Part shown: positions 19,201 through 26,673 of the stretch, one piece after another | Layout: each line of letters starts with the position of its first letter | How positions within the stretch are numbered: position 1 is the first letter of the stretch | Source: a virus | Virus record (IMG/VR): IMGVR_UViG_3300044838_000061 | Coordinates: 1 to 64,000 of that record | Direction: 5' to 3' (one strand) | DNA length: 64,000 bases | Made by a program: the position numbers and the translations under genes | The notes under the pieces: generated by a model | Told to the model about the DNA's origin: nothing | The model's input: only the letters and a program-made list of their open reading frames with translations | Database searches by the model: none

Positions 19201-20795
19201 TGCACGACAGCGAGCAAGGACTGGCGATAGGACTCGGAGGCCGCGAGAACCTGCGGCGATCCTGTGACTCCGTAGCTCAGCGCGAGTTGGAGGTCTTGTC
19301 GTGATCTCGGCACTGCGAGGTGTGCCTGTTGGCGGGAGACCTGCGCTCCCTGGAGCTGTAGTTGGGCCTGCTGGATGCCGACCTGAGACCCGCTCGCCTG
19401 GACGGCCCGTAACTGCTGTTCCGCCTGGAGGACCGAGAGGTTCGCTTCCTTGAGCTGTAGCTGGGCGCTCTTCTCGGCGAGGGTGAGGTCCTGGAGGTTT
19501 CGGACGGCGTCGATGCGCGCCTGGGTGAGCGCGATCTGTGACTCCCTGACCTGGACCTGGGCGTCCTTGAGGGTGTAGTAGGAGTTCGCGAGGTTCTGCT
19601 CGGACTCGATCAGCTGGCTCGTGTTCTGGAGCTGGTTGATGAGTCCCTGGGAGGGCTGGAAGAAGGCCGTTTGACGCGCCTGCTGCGCCGCTTGGACGGC
19701 CTGGAACACGTCCCTAAGGCGTATGAGGGCGGCGATCCCGACCGAGACCATCGGGATCATCTGGCCGAGTCCCGATAAGAACACGCCTCCAATGGAGGCA
19801 CCCGCTTGTGAGGCACCAGAGGCGACGTTGAAGAACCCAGCCACGAGGCTCCCAAGGCCCGTGATGAGCGGCTGGAACAGACCGAGTAGTGCAGTCAGCC
19901 GAAGCCCTCGCAGCCCTGCCGACAGCGACATGATGTGTACCCCGACACTGTCCGTCGCAGCGGCGAACTTCTGCGCGAACTCGCCCACGGACGACGAGGC
20001 ACGCGCGAGGTCGGTGTTCTTGGCCTTCTTGCCTGCATCCTCCATCGCGTTACCGAAGCGGTGTGCCTCCGACGACCCCGCGTCAAACTGACGCATGACA
20101 GACCGCAGCCCGCTCTCCACCTGCTTGTAGCTGACCTCTAGCTGCTTGTTCGTGGCCGTGTGCGAGCGCGCTGCCTGGTCCGTGCGCTCAAGGCTCCCCA
20201 GTAGCGCTTCTCCGCGCGTCGCAGCCTTCTGTTGAGCCTCGGAGAGCTTGTCTGTCCCTGCCGACGCGCGACCTAGGTCGCCGTCGAGGTCGCGTACCCC
20301 GGCGGCGAGCTGGTCCACCTTCTGCCGCGCTTCCTCCGTGCTGGCACCGAGGTCGACGTGCGCCTGCGCGTGAGAGGTGACCGACTCTGCCGCCTGGTCG
20401 TGCTGCTGGGCGACGCGCTTGACCGACGCTTCGGCGCGCTGAGCGTCCTGTGGGAGTAGCTGCTGCTGGCGCCGGACCTCCTGCAATGACTCCGCGTGAC
20501 CTGTGGCGGCCTCGGACGCTTCCTGCTGCCACCGGGCAGTGCGCTTGACGTCACTCTCGCTCTGCTGAGCTGCCCGTCGCGTCTCCTGCTGCTGTCTGGC
20601 GAGATCCTTGTGGGCCTGGGTCGCTCGCTCCGCCTCGTCAGCGGTGTCGCTGAGCCCCGACCGGAGGTCCTTGGTGGCGTCCTCTCCTGCGGCCTTCGCC
20701 TTGAGTTCGTCTACCGCGTGCTGGAGGTCGCGGATCTTCTGACTGGCGTTATCCTTCGCTTCAAGAAGGATCTCGATGAGGTACGAATCGGACAT
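13236..20795 (-). CDS. tape measure protein with internal M23-like and tail-lysozyme-like domains
   Basis: 2519 aa, Ala/Gln-rich and helical, downstream of the chaperones; AGMLGNAYQES...FEQGFERAG. Confidence 0.92.
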   Translation of the reverse strand: MSDSYLIEILLEAKDNASQKIRDLQHAVDELKAKAAGEDATKDLRSGLSDTADEAERATQAHKDLARQQQETRRAAQQSESDVKRTARWQQEASEAATGHAESLQEVRRQQQLLPQDAQRAEASVKRVAQQHDQAAESVTSHAQAHVDLGASTEEARQKVDQLAAGVRDLDGDLGRASAGTDKLSEAQQKAATRGEALLGSLERTDQAARSHTATNKQLEVSYKQVESGLRSVMRQFDAGSSEAHRFGNAMEDAGKKAKNTDLARASSSVGEFAQKFAAATDSVGVHIMSLSAGLRGLRLTALLGLFQPLITGLGSLVAGFFNVASGASQAGASIGGVFLSGLGQMIPMVSVGIAALIRLRDVFQAVQAAQQARQTAFFQPSQGLINQLQNTSQLIESEQNLANSYYTLKDAQVQVRESQIALTQARIDAVRNLQDLTLAEKSAQLQLKEANLSVLQAEQQLRAVQASGSQVGIQQAQLQLQGAQVSRQQAHLAVPRSRQDLQLALSYGVTGSPQVLAASESYRQSLLAVVQAQQQVANAQRQMRITELQLAQPASHMTSQQGTLQYLLGQMSAPEKALFSMLNNLETQLRSPSSPLKKITDYIVTPFLDAGMRLQQLLGNKSFMQPINALAKAMGQEFGGLEKTMFGQRGTSFFETMSKDATKSIPIITKAITGLMKVFEDIATAAAPAFRQLSGDWARFWDAMDARDRTPQGQARLTSFFNQGAKWAEDFAHLAGATFDLFKALGHDAAPQGMKTVTSFTEALHDATTWVQNHGPEVTRFFSDARQGLGLIGGVLFNVGSSLIQVFNLTSLRAFAGLLNNIVLPAARILATTVGFLVTQFMRLLDAVAPLKAVVVGLVAAFLGLMVLNRVISLVTTATNVVHGFFDAFKAFQEGEGILNRIGAAWEALTTRISKGAKATRDVAAAQTELAGATDASSARQVADEQAVDAAIIEQTTLITTEEADLAILAAGGTAAGGGVAAGAGGAGVPAAEVGAGGAAAGVGAARFGLTRVLPIAAAAYLADKTNAFGQNITAGKSTKGDLASMLGPVGGSHESGISLSSFANFATLGLLGSSTSSNQGSRTTADLSRLQQGLKGVTDASQLSNSQLQSMYGLVQKLSQQPDLTLKQREAIRALSNELNPLNVALKKSGAQWATTFTGFDATTKNVMGQIQQQLSQDNQAISSNFIQGTQGWTEQVTGLTAAAFTKIQTLAALGVSGVGKAMGQLDRMLDNALKALGQGGISLGTGARQINPVTQSNVIAGLLGGTLSAGGVMSQAEGGWNAAQPGGRLVHVAEGGHDEVTLTTDPRHAPRQRALLSRYLQNSPHLAKGGLVGNASIYTSPFGNANVSWGRTDQGVDVDLAPGTPIGVIGNAHVEGVKPGWYNGQPLIWYQLTGGPDAGQYVYVAEQITGVPGIPSNDPRATSSLQAEVGRTLSEGQRIAYYATSGSGIETGWATASGETMAMATTGYQEGQVTPAGSSFRTFLSGLQRGVITGGLAAIQKLVAPKVKGVGGAWGAIAQGVVNKVTNAANQYLARFVGSAGMPNVKLSGSVEKQVDQFMSAAGFNKIAIAGMLGNAYQESSMDPNAAGGGLWQQISNFGSGSGGSLLHQMQTMLPQIESLKAAMNAAKSPGDAATIFEQGFERAGIPAMSNRITGANAAYAQGYAAGGLLTRHARRIGLRHLRKHVLRFAGGGRAPWGGEPVPIMAHEGERVVNPPQWDELGRITGMGAHGLDSHLGYDSEAPRQHFDVGGQVPKHFKTVSSATSFLQSVSANLFKIDPGSLTSGLEVLSGVFQAVVRAFTKIDALPIKKQTDKIGTLLEAFADPNNPNSTLNMLSAAFQRFQNNLTNWITGIGYRSASVRPTSVARVTHRTPAGFAGSGYGGVSLRGAGLLTTRHVAGVGTVTSGTGHIGETGQAELDALGVRASVEETDYLRREAEATTKAINEVKSRISKVRRSRLSKSTKDSTVKKLESAYTLLVQQQEGLNNSINSQITTTFQAEQQYVQDTLNQVSDVYQTQQTQIQAAQSTAQSKGQYGALQSIDKALAESAKHQISALQKPLQEAKKMHDADLVAQIEQEIAQLNQTVGQATIQMVQDKFSAVEQTFQTKSAQQSAIQSAAQSLGQLSLLPGIDAAIIQTTQQHITSLQAVLAQAVAGGDQGLASQIEQEIAQLQGSVVQMTAQMIQDSISAVQQTAQTQQAKVSELQSISQTMTQSASTPGQFAAAGATNLQALQLNQSSLQGQLQSYNSLLVQASAAGDTGAVATLTQTIDGLTAQLAQNDLALQDNTAQVVNQTAQYIQSRGQFQTGVFGGLGQIIQTIGQTTGFTDVASLKALTSMSNTSLQGTNTGLLGQLGQLGDGASGLASLLGQASTPQQFVTALSGANISGIESGHDAAWISTFEGLISSLESNTGAIAQNNQQLATLNGQLLQPQQWSTSAWSSFRTAIFSGMGNLLPQFQASLPAGSAPSIAPTFTGVTGGTTPPTIGELNINHAPTTSLDPSIIGEQLAHEVSGAL

Positions 20796-20800
20796 CTACC

Positions 20801-21295
20801 TCATCCCTGCGGGAGTGCCTCCAGCGCAGACTCTCCGGGCATCGCGAACGACTCGACGCCGGATTGGATCGCCTTCCTCCCGGCCTTCATAAACGGCGAT
20901 TCCCAAGCTTCCTGCTCGGCCTCGGACATCTCGTCCTCGGACGAGCCATTCCAGATCCGAGTGATGATCTGGTTGTACTGCTCCTCTAACTGGGTGATCT
21001 TCGTCGGCCGGTCGTTCTTCTCGTCGTCGAAGTTGGTGTTCGCGAACATCGCCGCGATGTGAGTCGTCTTCCTCGTGCGCCACTCGTCGCAGAGAACGCG
21101 TCGCTGGAAGGCGTCGAACGCCTTGAAGAAGCGACGGTACGGCCACTCCATCAGCTCCTCTATGGACTCTGCGTGTCCGCCGGAGTAGTGCTCGAGGGCC
21201 TCGAGCGCCGTGAGCCGCTTTCTCTTGACGCCGCCTTCCGCGCCCTCAGCTTGCTCACTATCGCCGTGAGCCGCTTCAGACGCACGCCGAAAAAA
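20801..21295 (-). CDS. tail assembly chaperone extension (gpT-like), probably made by -1 frameshift
   Basis: Open -1 frame overlapping the chaperone 3' end; T-TTT-TTC at 21295-21289. Confidence 0.6.
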   Translation of the reverse strand, partial: FFRRASEAAHGDSEQAEGAEGGVKRKRLTALEALEHYSGGHAESIEELMEWPYRRFFKAFDAFQRRVLCDEWRTRKTTHIAAMFANTNFDDEKNDRPTKITQLEEQYNQIITRIWNGSSEDEMSEAEQEAWESPFMKAGRKAIQSGVESFAMPGESALEALPQG

Positions 21296-21945
21296 TCCTC
21301 GACCTCGTCGTAGTTCTGAGCGAGGAAGACCTCGAGCATCTCCTGGCCTTCGAAGAAGGCGAGGCCGCCGTCCTCCGGTGAGCGAGACCAGATTTCCTTC
21401 ACGATCGGACGCTCGGCGTACGGGACGCGGAGCCAGATGCACTGGCAGTCCTCGATCACGCTAGGGACGTATGTCGCGAGCTTCGCGAGGCCCTTGACGA
21501 ACGAGTCCACGCCGGCGAAGTCGCTACTCGTAAGTAGCGCACGACCGAATCCGGCGACCCCGTCGGCCTCGTTGAGCATCCCGTCGAGGGTCAGGCCCTC
21601 CGGTCCGGCCATCGCCTCGGCGATCTTCTCCCCGATCAGTCCGGTGAACTGGAGCATCGCCGTAAACGAGAGCGGCTTCTGGACGTAGGACCGCTGGAAG
21701 TGAGAGGTCTCCTCGGACCTATCGCGCTTGATGACCTTGAAGTCACCCTCGACGACCCACTCGCGGTGGGCGACCTGGATCTCGATGTCGTCGAGTTGCG
21801 AGTCGTGCTGCTCGACGGCGCTCGCGATGGAATCGTCGGCTTCACTGGGATCTGCGTGTGCAACGGGGCCGTCCTGGGGGACGTCGTCCTCTTTGACCAT
21901 CTCTCCGTTGACGTACTTCTCGGTGCTCTCTGCGGTGGCGCTCAC
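21160..21945 (-). CDS. tail assembly chaperone (gpG-like)
   Basis: Acidic protein upstream of the tape measure with an overlapping second frame. Confidence 0.7.
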   Translation of the reverse strand: MSATAESTEKYVNGEMVKEDDVPQDGPVAHADPSEADDSIASAVEQHDSQLDDIEIQVAHREWVVEGDFKVIKRDRSEETSHFQRSYVQKPLSFTAMLQFTGLIGEKIAEAMAGPEGLTLDGMLNEADGVAGFGRALLTSSDFAGVDSFVKGLAKLATYVPSVIEDCQCIWLRVPYAERPIVKEIWSRSPEDGGLAFFEGQEMLEVFLAQNYDEVEDFFGVRLKRLTAIVSKLRARKAASRESGSRRSRPSSTTPADTQSP

Positions 21946-21971
21946 CAGTTACGCTCCTAGCTCGGGGTTAC

Positions 21972-22502
21972 TCAAGTCGCTTCCATCCCGGCCTTCATGG
22001 CCTCGGCCTCGGCGGCCATCTCCCTCAGCGCGAGTCCGACCTGCGGGTCGGCGCGGAGGATCTCCCGCGCCTGGACGTACGTCGCGAACATGAACGGCTT
22101 GGCGTCCTGTCCGCGGACCTGCTTGCGCCCGAAGATCCCTTCGGCCGGGTTCCACATCAGTCCGCCCTGGTTCGTTCGCGCCGAGAAGATCGGTGACTGC
22201 GTGCCGCCTTCAACAAACAGCGGATACTGCGAGCGCCGGTAGCGACCTCTACTGGTACGCCCGTCGGCCTCCTCGACCCTCGTCACTCCGAGTCGACCCT
22301 CGATCAAGTCGGCTAGCTCGACGATGTCCTCGTCCTTGATGTGCTCGGCGAGTAGGTCGGTGCGGTGGGGCGCCGCTCCACGCGCGAAGTCGCGCATTCC
22401 CCTCACTGAGTCCTTCACCATGTCCACGAGGGCGCGATGCAGCCGCAAGGCCGAAAGGGCCTCGAGATTGGAACGAACTCGAACTCTTACTTCGTTAGCC
22501 AT
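21972..22502 (-). CDS. tail completion protein (HK97 gp10-like)
   Basis: APHRTDLL..YPLFVEGGT..VRGQDAKPFM pattern. Confidence 0.65.
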   Translation of the reverse strand: MANEVRVRVRSNLEALSALRLHRALVDMVKDSVRGMRDFARGAAPHRTDLLAEHIKDEDIVELADLIEGRLGVTRVEEADGRTSRGRYRRSQYPLFVEGGTQSPIFSARTNQGGLMWNPAEGIFGRKQVRGQDAKPFMFATYVQAREILRADPQVGLALREMAAEAEAMKAGMEAT

Positions 22503-22604
22503 GTTGGCGAGGCGGCATCGCTTCCTTGAAGGAACCGACGCGGAGTTGGCCTCGCCTGAAACAGCCGCGTACTAGACCACCAAATACTAGCGCACGAAGC
22601 TAGC

Positions 22605-23252
22605 TTAGTACAGGGAACTCTGCACGATGTAAAGGATCTCCATCCCCTGATAGACCAAGAACGCGCCCGTCCCGGACGTCTGCTTCTTGACGAAGGGGAG
22701 ACTCGGGGTCATCGTCGGTGGCCGCTTGATCGAGAGGAAGTTGTACCCGAGAGAGCGATCCTGGTCCACACACCCGACGACCGCGTCGGAGAGTCTCTGA
22801 TACTGGCGGTCCACCGCGTCGCTCGTGCTGCGGTCGTCGAGGGGATCCTGCCTGAACGGCCCCGCGTAGGTCAAGACCTCAACGATCAGCTCGACGTCCA
22901 TCACGTCATACTGGTCCGGCTGCTCACGGTCGTCGGTCGCCTTACGCGTCCCAGCGCGGACGGTGATCGCAGGCCACTTGTCGAAGCGAGCGCTCTCTCC
23001 AGCGACGAGGGACGGCTGCGCGCCGAGGTAGATGCTCTGTCTGTCGACCCGCGCGATTCTCGTCGGCTTGTAGGGGATGCTCATGAGCATCGCCCAGTCC
23101 TCGTCCCTGGCAGCCCACTGAGTCTCCTGGAGGTCGCACTGAGACTCCAAGTTGACGTTGATCTGCTGCGCCGCGGCGCGGGCCACCTGCTCGGCCGAGG
23201 ACCCGTAGTTCACGGCGGGACGGCTGAAGGCTCTCCACTCAGTCGCGCTCAT
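22605..23252 (-). CDS. putative tail terminator / neck protein
   Basis: Position; WPAITV and DRSLG motifs. Confidence 0.5.
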   Translation of the reverse strand: MSATEWRAFSRPAVNYGSSAEQVARAAAQQINVNLESQCDLQETQWAARDEDWAMLMSIPYKPTRIARVDRQSIYLGAQPSLVAGESARFDKWPAITVRAGTRKATDDREQPDQYDVMDVELIVEVLTYAGPFRQDPLDDRSTSDAVDRQYQRLSDAVVGCVDQDRSLGYNFLSIKRPPTMTPSLPFVKKQTSGTGAFLVYQGMEILYIVQSSLY

Positions 23253-23782
23253 GGTAGGTCTCCGGGCTTGTCGGGAACATCGTGCGCCTCGGCCAGCTCG
23301 GCTGGTGACATGGAACTCGGCTCCTCGTCATAGATCATCCAGCCGCGTACCTGCGTGTTCGCGACGAGTCCGCTGCAGATTCGAGTCACTCCCGCGCCGA
23401 ACCAGATGCCGCGTCCAGGGGTTAGGAACCGAAGTGCGTCGCCGATGATCGTCGCCCACCCGTATGCATCGCCGAGGCACGAGCGAGCGAACGCAACGGC
23501 TTGTGCTGCGTCGTCGATGGACAGTCCCGTCCTCACGAGTACGTACTCGGTGTTGTGGTAGCTCTCCAGCGGCGTGCGTACTACCCCGCGAGCCAGCGCC
23601 TCGATGATCGTCGTCGAGGTCTCCACGAAGACGGCGTGCGACCACCTAGACCCGGAGCGAAACCGCAGGCGTTCCCCCCACCTGATGATGGCCGAGACGA
23701 TTCCCCTGCGATGGCAGAGGAGGAAGTCACCTGGTGACGGTGACGCGGTGTGTCCTGAGGGCGAGACCTCGAAGGCACTCAC
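23249..23782 (-). CDS. permuted papain-like NlpC/P60 (YiiX/YebB-like) peptidase
   Basis: PGDFLL..WSHAVF..IIEA..LGDAYGW..ICSGLVA, with His before Cys; GTG 23782 overlaps the upstream stop. Confidence 0.75.
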   Translation of the reverse strand: MSAFEVSPSGHTASPSPGDFLLCHRRGIVSAIIRWGERLRFRSGSRWSHAVFVETSTTIIEALARGVVRTPLESYHNTEYVLVRTGLSIDDAAQAVAFARSCLGDAYGWATIIGDALRFLTPGRGIWFGAGVTRICSGLVANTQVRGWMIYDEEPSSMSPAELAEAHDVPDKPGDLP

Positions 23783-24678
23783 GGCATGAAGATTGAGCCC
23801 CATCTGGGGCCACCTACTCGCGGACGGTCGTTGTCCTGAGGGTCGAGGGTGCGGTGCCGGTTCCACGGGACGCTCGGGTCACCGAGCGATGACGCCGGAG
23901 ACGGCTCCACGCGATTCTGCGGGAGTCCCGGCACGAGGCGCTGAAGCTGAAGCCAGTCGTGAACCAATTCGTGCGAGAGCCTCACACACAGATCGTCGAG
24001 GTTCTTCAGCATGTCCGGGTAGGTCGCGCTCTCGGACGGTCCCTGCGTGAGCACCTGTCGGTACTGGCGTCCCCAGTAGTCCTTCGCCGGCGCGATGAGT
24101 CTGAGCGCGGTCCGCTTGGACAGGTACTCGACCAGCGCCGGGTCGTAGTCGACCTCGAGATCCGGCGCGACCGCCTGACCCATCACGACGCGCTTGACGT
24201 AGTCGGCGTGAGCCTGGAGGAACCTGTCGCCGAAGTCCGGGTCCTCTCGCAGCGCGCGGAGCGTGACCGGCATCCACTGTGCGACCTCCTCGACCACTAC
24301 GCCCGTCTCTGTCCCGAAACCTGGGCCGTGGTCGGTGACGACGACGAGGAACTCGGGCGTCTCAGCGAGCGCGTGTCCGGGAAGCACGTATCCCCACCAC
24401 GCGCTGTAGTTCCCCGCTATCGCGACATCCGAGCTCTGCCAGTCGTACCTGACGTTATGGCCGTCCTGGTCGACCGGCCAGATCACCGTCGCGGAGGAGC
24501 CGTCGACCACGGGCGTACGCGACGACAGCGGGCGCATGAAGAAGACGGCCGTGGCGCCCCCGAGGTTCTCCGTCGTCCCGTCCGGGGCGAGGATCGTGTC
24601 GTAGAGTGAGGGCTGTGTTACCCCGACATAGACGACGAGCGGGTCAACCGTGGAGGTGTCGAGGACTACGCGAGGCAT
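23779..24678 (-). CDS. putative head-tail adaptor with N-terminal BppU-like domain
   Basis: NLGGATAVFFMRP..VRYDWQSSD..GNY beta domain plus helical C-half; position in the neck region. Confidence 0.5.
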   Translation of the reverse strand: MPRVVLDTSTVDPLVVYVGVTQPSLYDTILAPDGTTENLGGATAVFFMRPLSSRTPVVDGSSATVIWPVDQDGHNVRYDWQSSDVAIAGNYSAWWGYVLPGHALAETPEFLVVVTDHGPGFGTETGVVVEEVAQWMPVTLRALREDPDFGDRFLQAHADYVKRVVMGQAVAPDLEVDYDPALVEYLSKRTALRLIAPAKDYWGRQYRQVLTQGPSESATYPDMLKNLDDLCVRLSHELVHDWLQLQRLVPGLPQNRVEPSPASSLGDPSVPWNRHRTLDPQDNDRPRVGGPRWGSIFMP

Positions 24679-24688
24679 TCGCCCGACG

Positions 24689-24746
24689 CCGTTCGTCCTG
24701 AGGTCGGAGCCGCCTCGTAGGACGACCCCGACTCAGGCATGAACGG
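24689..24746 (-). terminator. long hairpin after the major tail gene (terminator, processing site or stabiliser)
   Basis: Nested complementary arms CCGTTC/GAACGG, CCTGAG/CTCAGG, TCGG/CCGA; no U-tract. Confidence 0.5.
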
Positions 24747-24751
24747 TGCTC

Positions 24752-25711
24752 CTAGAAGACCTGCTCGATGAAGTCGGCGAACCTGTTGTACTCGTTCGTG
24801 ATCGTCCAGTCGGCGAACGCGCGGAACGAGTGCGGGATCGTCTGCATCTGGCCCGTCTTCTGGTAGTCCAGAGTCGAGTTCTGCGGCGAGCGCAGGACCC
24901 GGCGATAGACGAGGGCGCGGACGCCACCCGCGTCGGGGCCGATGGTCTTCTGGTGCAGGACCGCCAGCAGACGCTCGGTGTAGCGCAGCGGTGCCCCCAT
25001 CGGGAGGTGCTGCTCGTTCGGCGTCTGGGTCGTGTCGAGGGTGATGGTCCCGCCCTCCCACGCCATCTGGAGGTTTGCGAACGTCGTCTCGGCGAACTGA
25101 GTCGCGACGGTCATCTCCCACTCGTCCGGGACAGCCATGATCGAGGAGTAGACCTGGTCCACGTCGAGCTGGGTCTCGGTGTTGTTCCTGCTCGACTGCA
25201 CGCCGGAGCGCGTCGATCCGAGCTCGGTCCACGCGGACCCCGGGGCGACGTCGTACTGCCCGTTACCCGGGGCGGTCATCGCGACCGTGACGGCGGGTGT
25301 CGCGCCGCCTGTGAGAGCGTTGACGGTCGTGAGGAGCGGCTGCGAGCCGTTCACTCCGAACGTGGCTACGACCGGGGTCGTGTTCACGGGGCCGCCTGTG
25401 CAGGTGACGCCGCCGGCCGACACGACGCCGGCGATGGCGTTCAGCGCCGCCTGGACCTGTACGGCGGTCGCGTTGTACGGGATCGCCGGGCTCTGGTACG
25501 TCTGGAACGCGAGCTGGAAGGTGCCCCCGGTAGGAGCGCCAGTGATCGAGATCGTCTCAACCGCCGGGACGTACCCGACGTTGATCGCGGCGACGTTGAT
25601 GATCTGCGCGAGGGTGGACGGGAACGGGGTTCCCACGGGGGCGACTACGAGACGAGCCGGTCCGCGGATCGTGCCGAGCCCGATCGGTGTAATACGCTGG
25701 AAGCCGGACAT
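24752..25711 (-). CDS. major tail (tube) protein with inserted module
   Basis: IRGPARLVVAP..WTELGSTRSGV..LDVDQ..T.FAETTFANL tube motifs. Confidence 0.82.
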   Translation of the reverse strand: MSGFQRITPIGLGTIRGPARLVVAPVGTPFPSTLAQIINVAAINVGYVPAVETISITGAPTGGTFQLAFQTYQSPAIPYNATAVQVQAALNAIAGVVSAGGVTCTGGPVNTTPVVATFGVNGSQPLLTTVNALTGGATPAVTVAMTAPGNGQYDVAPGSAWTELGSTRSGVQSSRNNTETQLDVDQVYSSIMAVPDEWEMTVATQFAETTFANLQMAWEGGTITLDTTQTPNEQHLPMGAPLRYTERLLAVLHQKTIGPDAGGVRALVYRRVLRSPQNSTLDYQKTGQMQTIPHSFRAFADWTITNEYNRFADFIEQVF

Positions 25712-25722
25712 CTACTGCGCTC

Positions 25723-26010
25723 CTAGCTGCCCTGAGCGGGCGTCGACGGTGGACTTGAGACCGGCGCGACGCTCTGGCTACTCGCGGGCGGGAACGACTG
25801 TACCGACGAGGTCGAGGACGACTTGTCCTCCTGCTCGTCGAGGTTCTTGAGCACGTACTGTCCGCTGAGGCTCGCGAACTCCTTGTCGGTCAGCTCCAGC
25901 GTCTCGCCCTTGACGAGGATCCTCTCGACGCCTTCCGAGTCAGGCTCAAGCTTGATCGCCCCGACGGGGTCGGACGAGCTGGTGTTGCTTACGTATCGGG
26001 TGAGTGGCAT
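25723..26010 (-). CDS. hypothetical virion-associated protein
   Basis: ATG 26010 overlaps the upstream TGA (TGATG); Ser/Pro-rich tail. Confidence 0.55.
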   Translation of the reverse strand: MPLTRYVSNTSSSDPVGAIKLEPDSEGVERILVKGETLELTDKEFASLSGQYVLKNLDEQEDKSSSTSSVQSFPPASSQSVAPVSSPPSTPAQGS

Positions 26011-26624
26011 CAGGCCATGACCTCCTCGGTCGTCTTGGACTCCGCATCCTCGTGGCCTTCGCCACTCTCGTTCTCCGAGTCGGAGCGCTCGTAGCTGATG
26101 ATCGCCGGGCGGCGACGGTGGGCCGACTCGTAGGTCAGCACCTCTCCTACCGCCTCGTCGGACAGAACCTCGAGCTTCTCGAGGACACTGCGGACGGGCA
26201 GTTCGTCGTACCCGTAGAACGGCTCGCGTTCCACCGGGGCGACGTAGTCGAGGATCCCGGCCCGGCTCAGGCCACCCCGCTCGTAGAGCCTCACCTGCGC
26301 GACCTCGTCGCGATCGGCGGACTTCTTCAGGCGGTCGACGATCTCTTCCGGATGCAGGCCGACGTAGTCGGGCCACGGCGGAGAGACCCACTGCCCGTCG
26401 ACCATCCGGTCGCCCTCGACGGCGGTCTCCTTGGCGCGGTGGTCGAGGGCCTCCTTCTCGGTCAGCGGCTCGAACAGAGTTCGGTAGTGGAGGGAGCCGT
26501 CCTTGATCTTCGCTTTGATCTTGTCTGACACCTCCCAGTCCGAGACCACGGTGCCCTGCTGGTGCAGGACAGAGTCGCCGTTGACGTTGGTGCAGGAGAC
26601 GTCCTTCAGGATTAGAAACGGCAC
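26010..26624 (-). CDS. hypothetical protein with two tandem ~45-aa repeats
   Basis: PWPDYVGL..VRLYE..RAGIL and PFYGYDEL..VLTYE..RPAII. Confidence 0.65.
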   Translation of the reverse strand: MPFLILKDVSCTNVNGDSVLHQQGTVVSDWEVSDKIKAKIKDGSLHYRTLFEPLTEKEALDHRAKETAVEGDRMVDGQWVSPPWPDYVGLHPEEIVDRLKKSADRDEVAQVRLYERGGLSRAGILDYVAPVEREPFYGYDELPVRSVLEKLEVLSDEAVGEVLTYESAHRRRPAIISYERSDSENESGEGHEDAESKTTEEVMA

Positions 26625-26673
26625 GGGCTCTCAGCTCCTTGTGCGTGTGGTGTGCGAGTCATCCTCGGGACGC

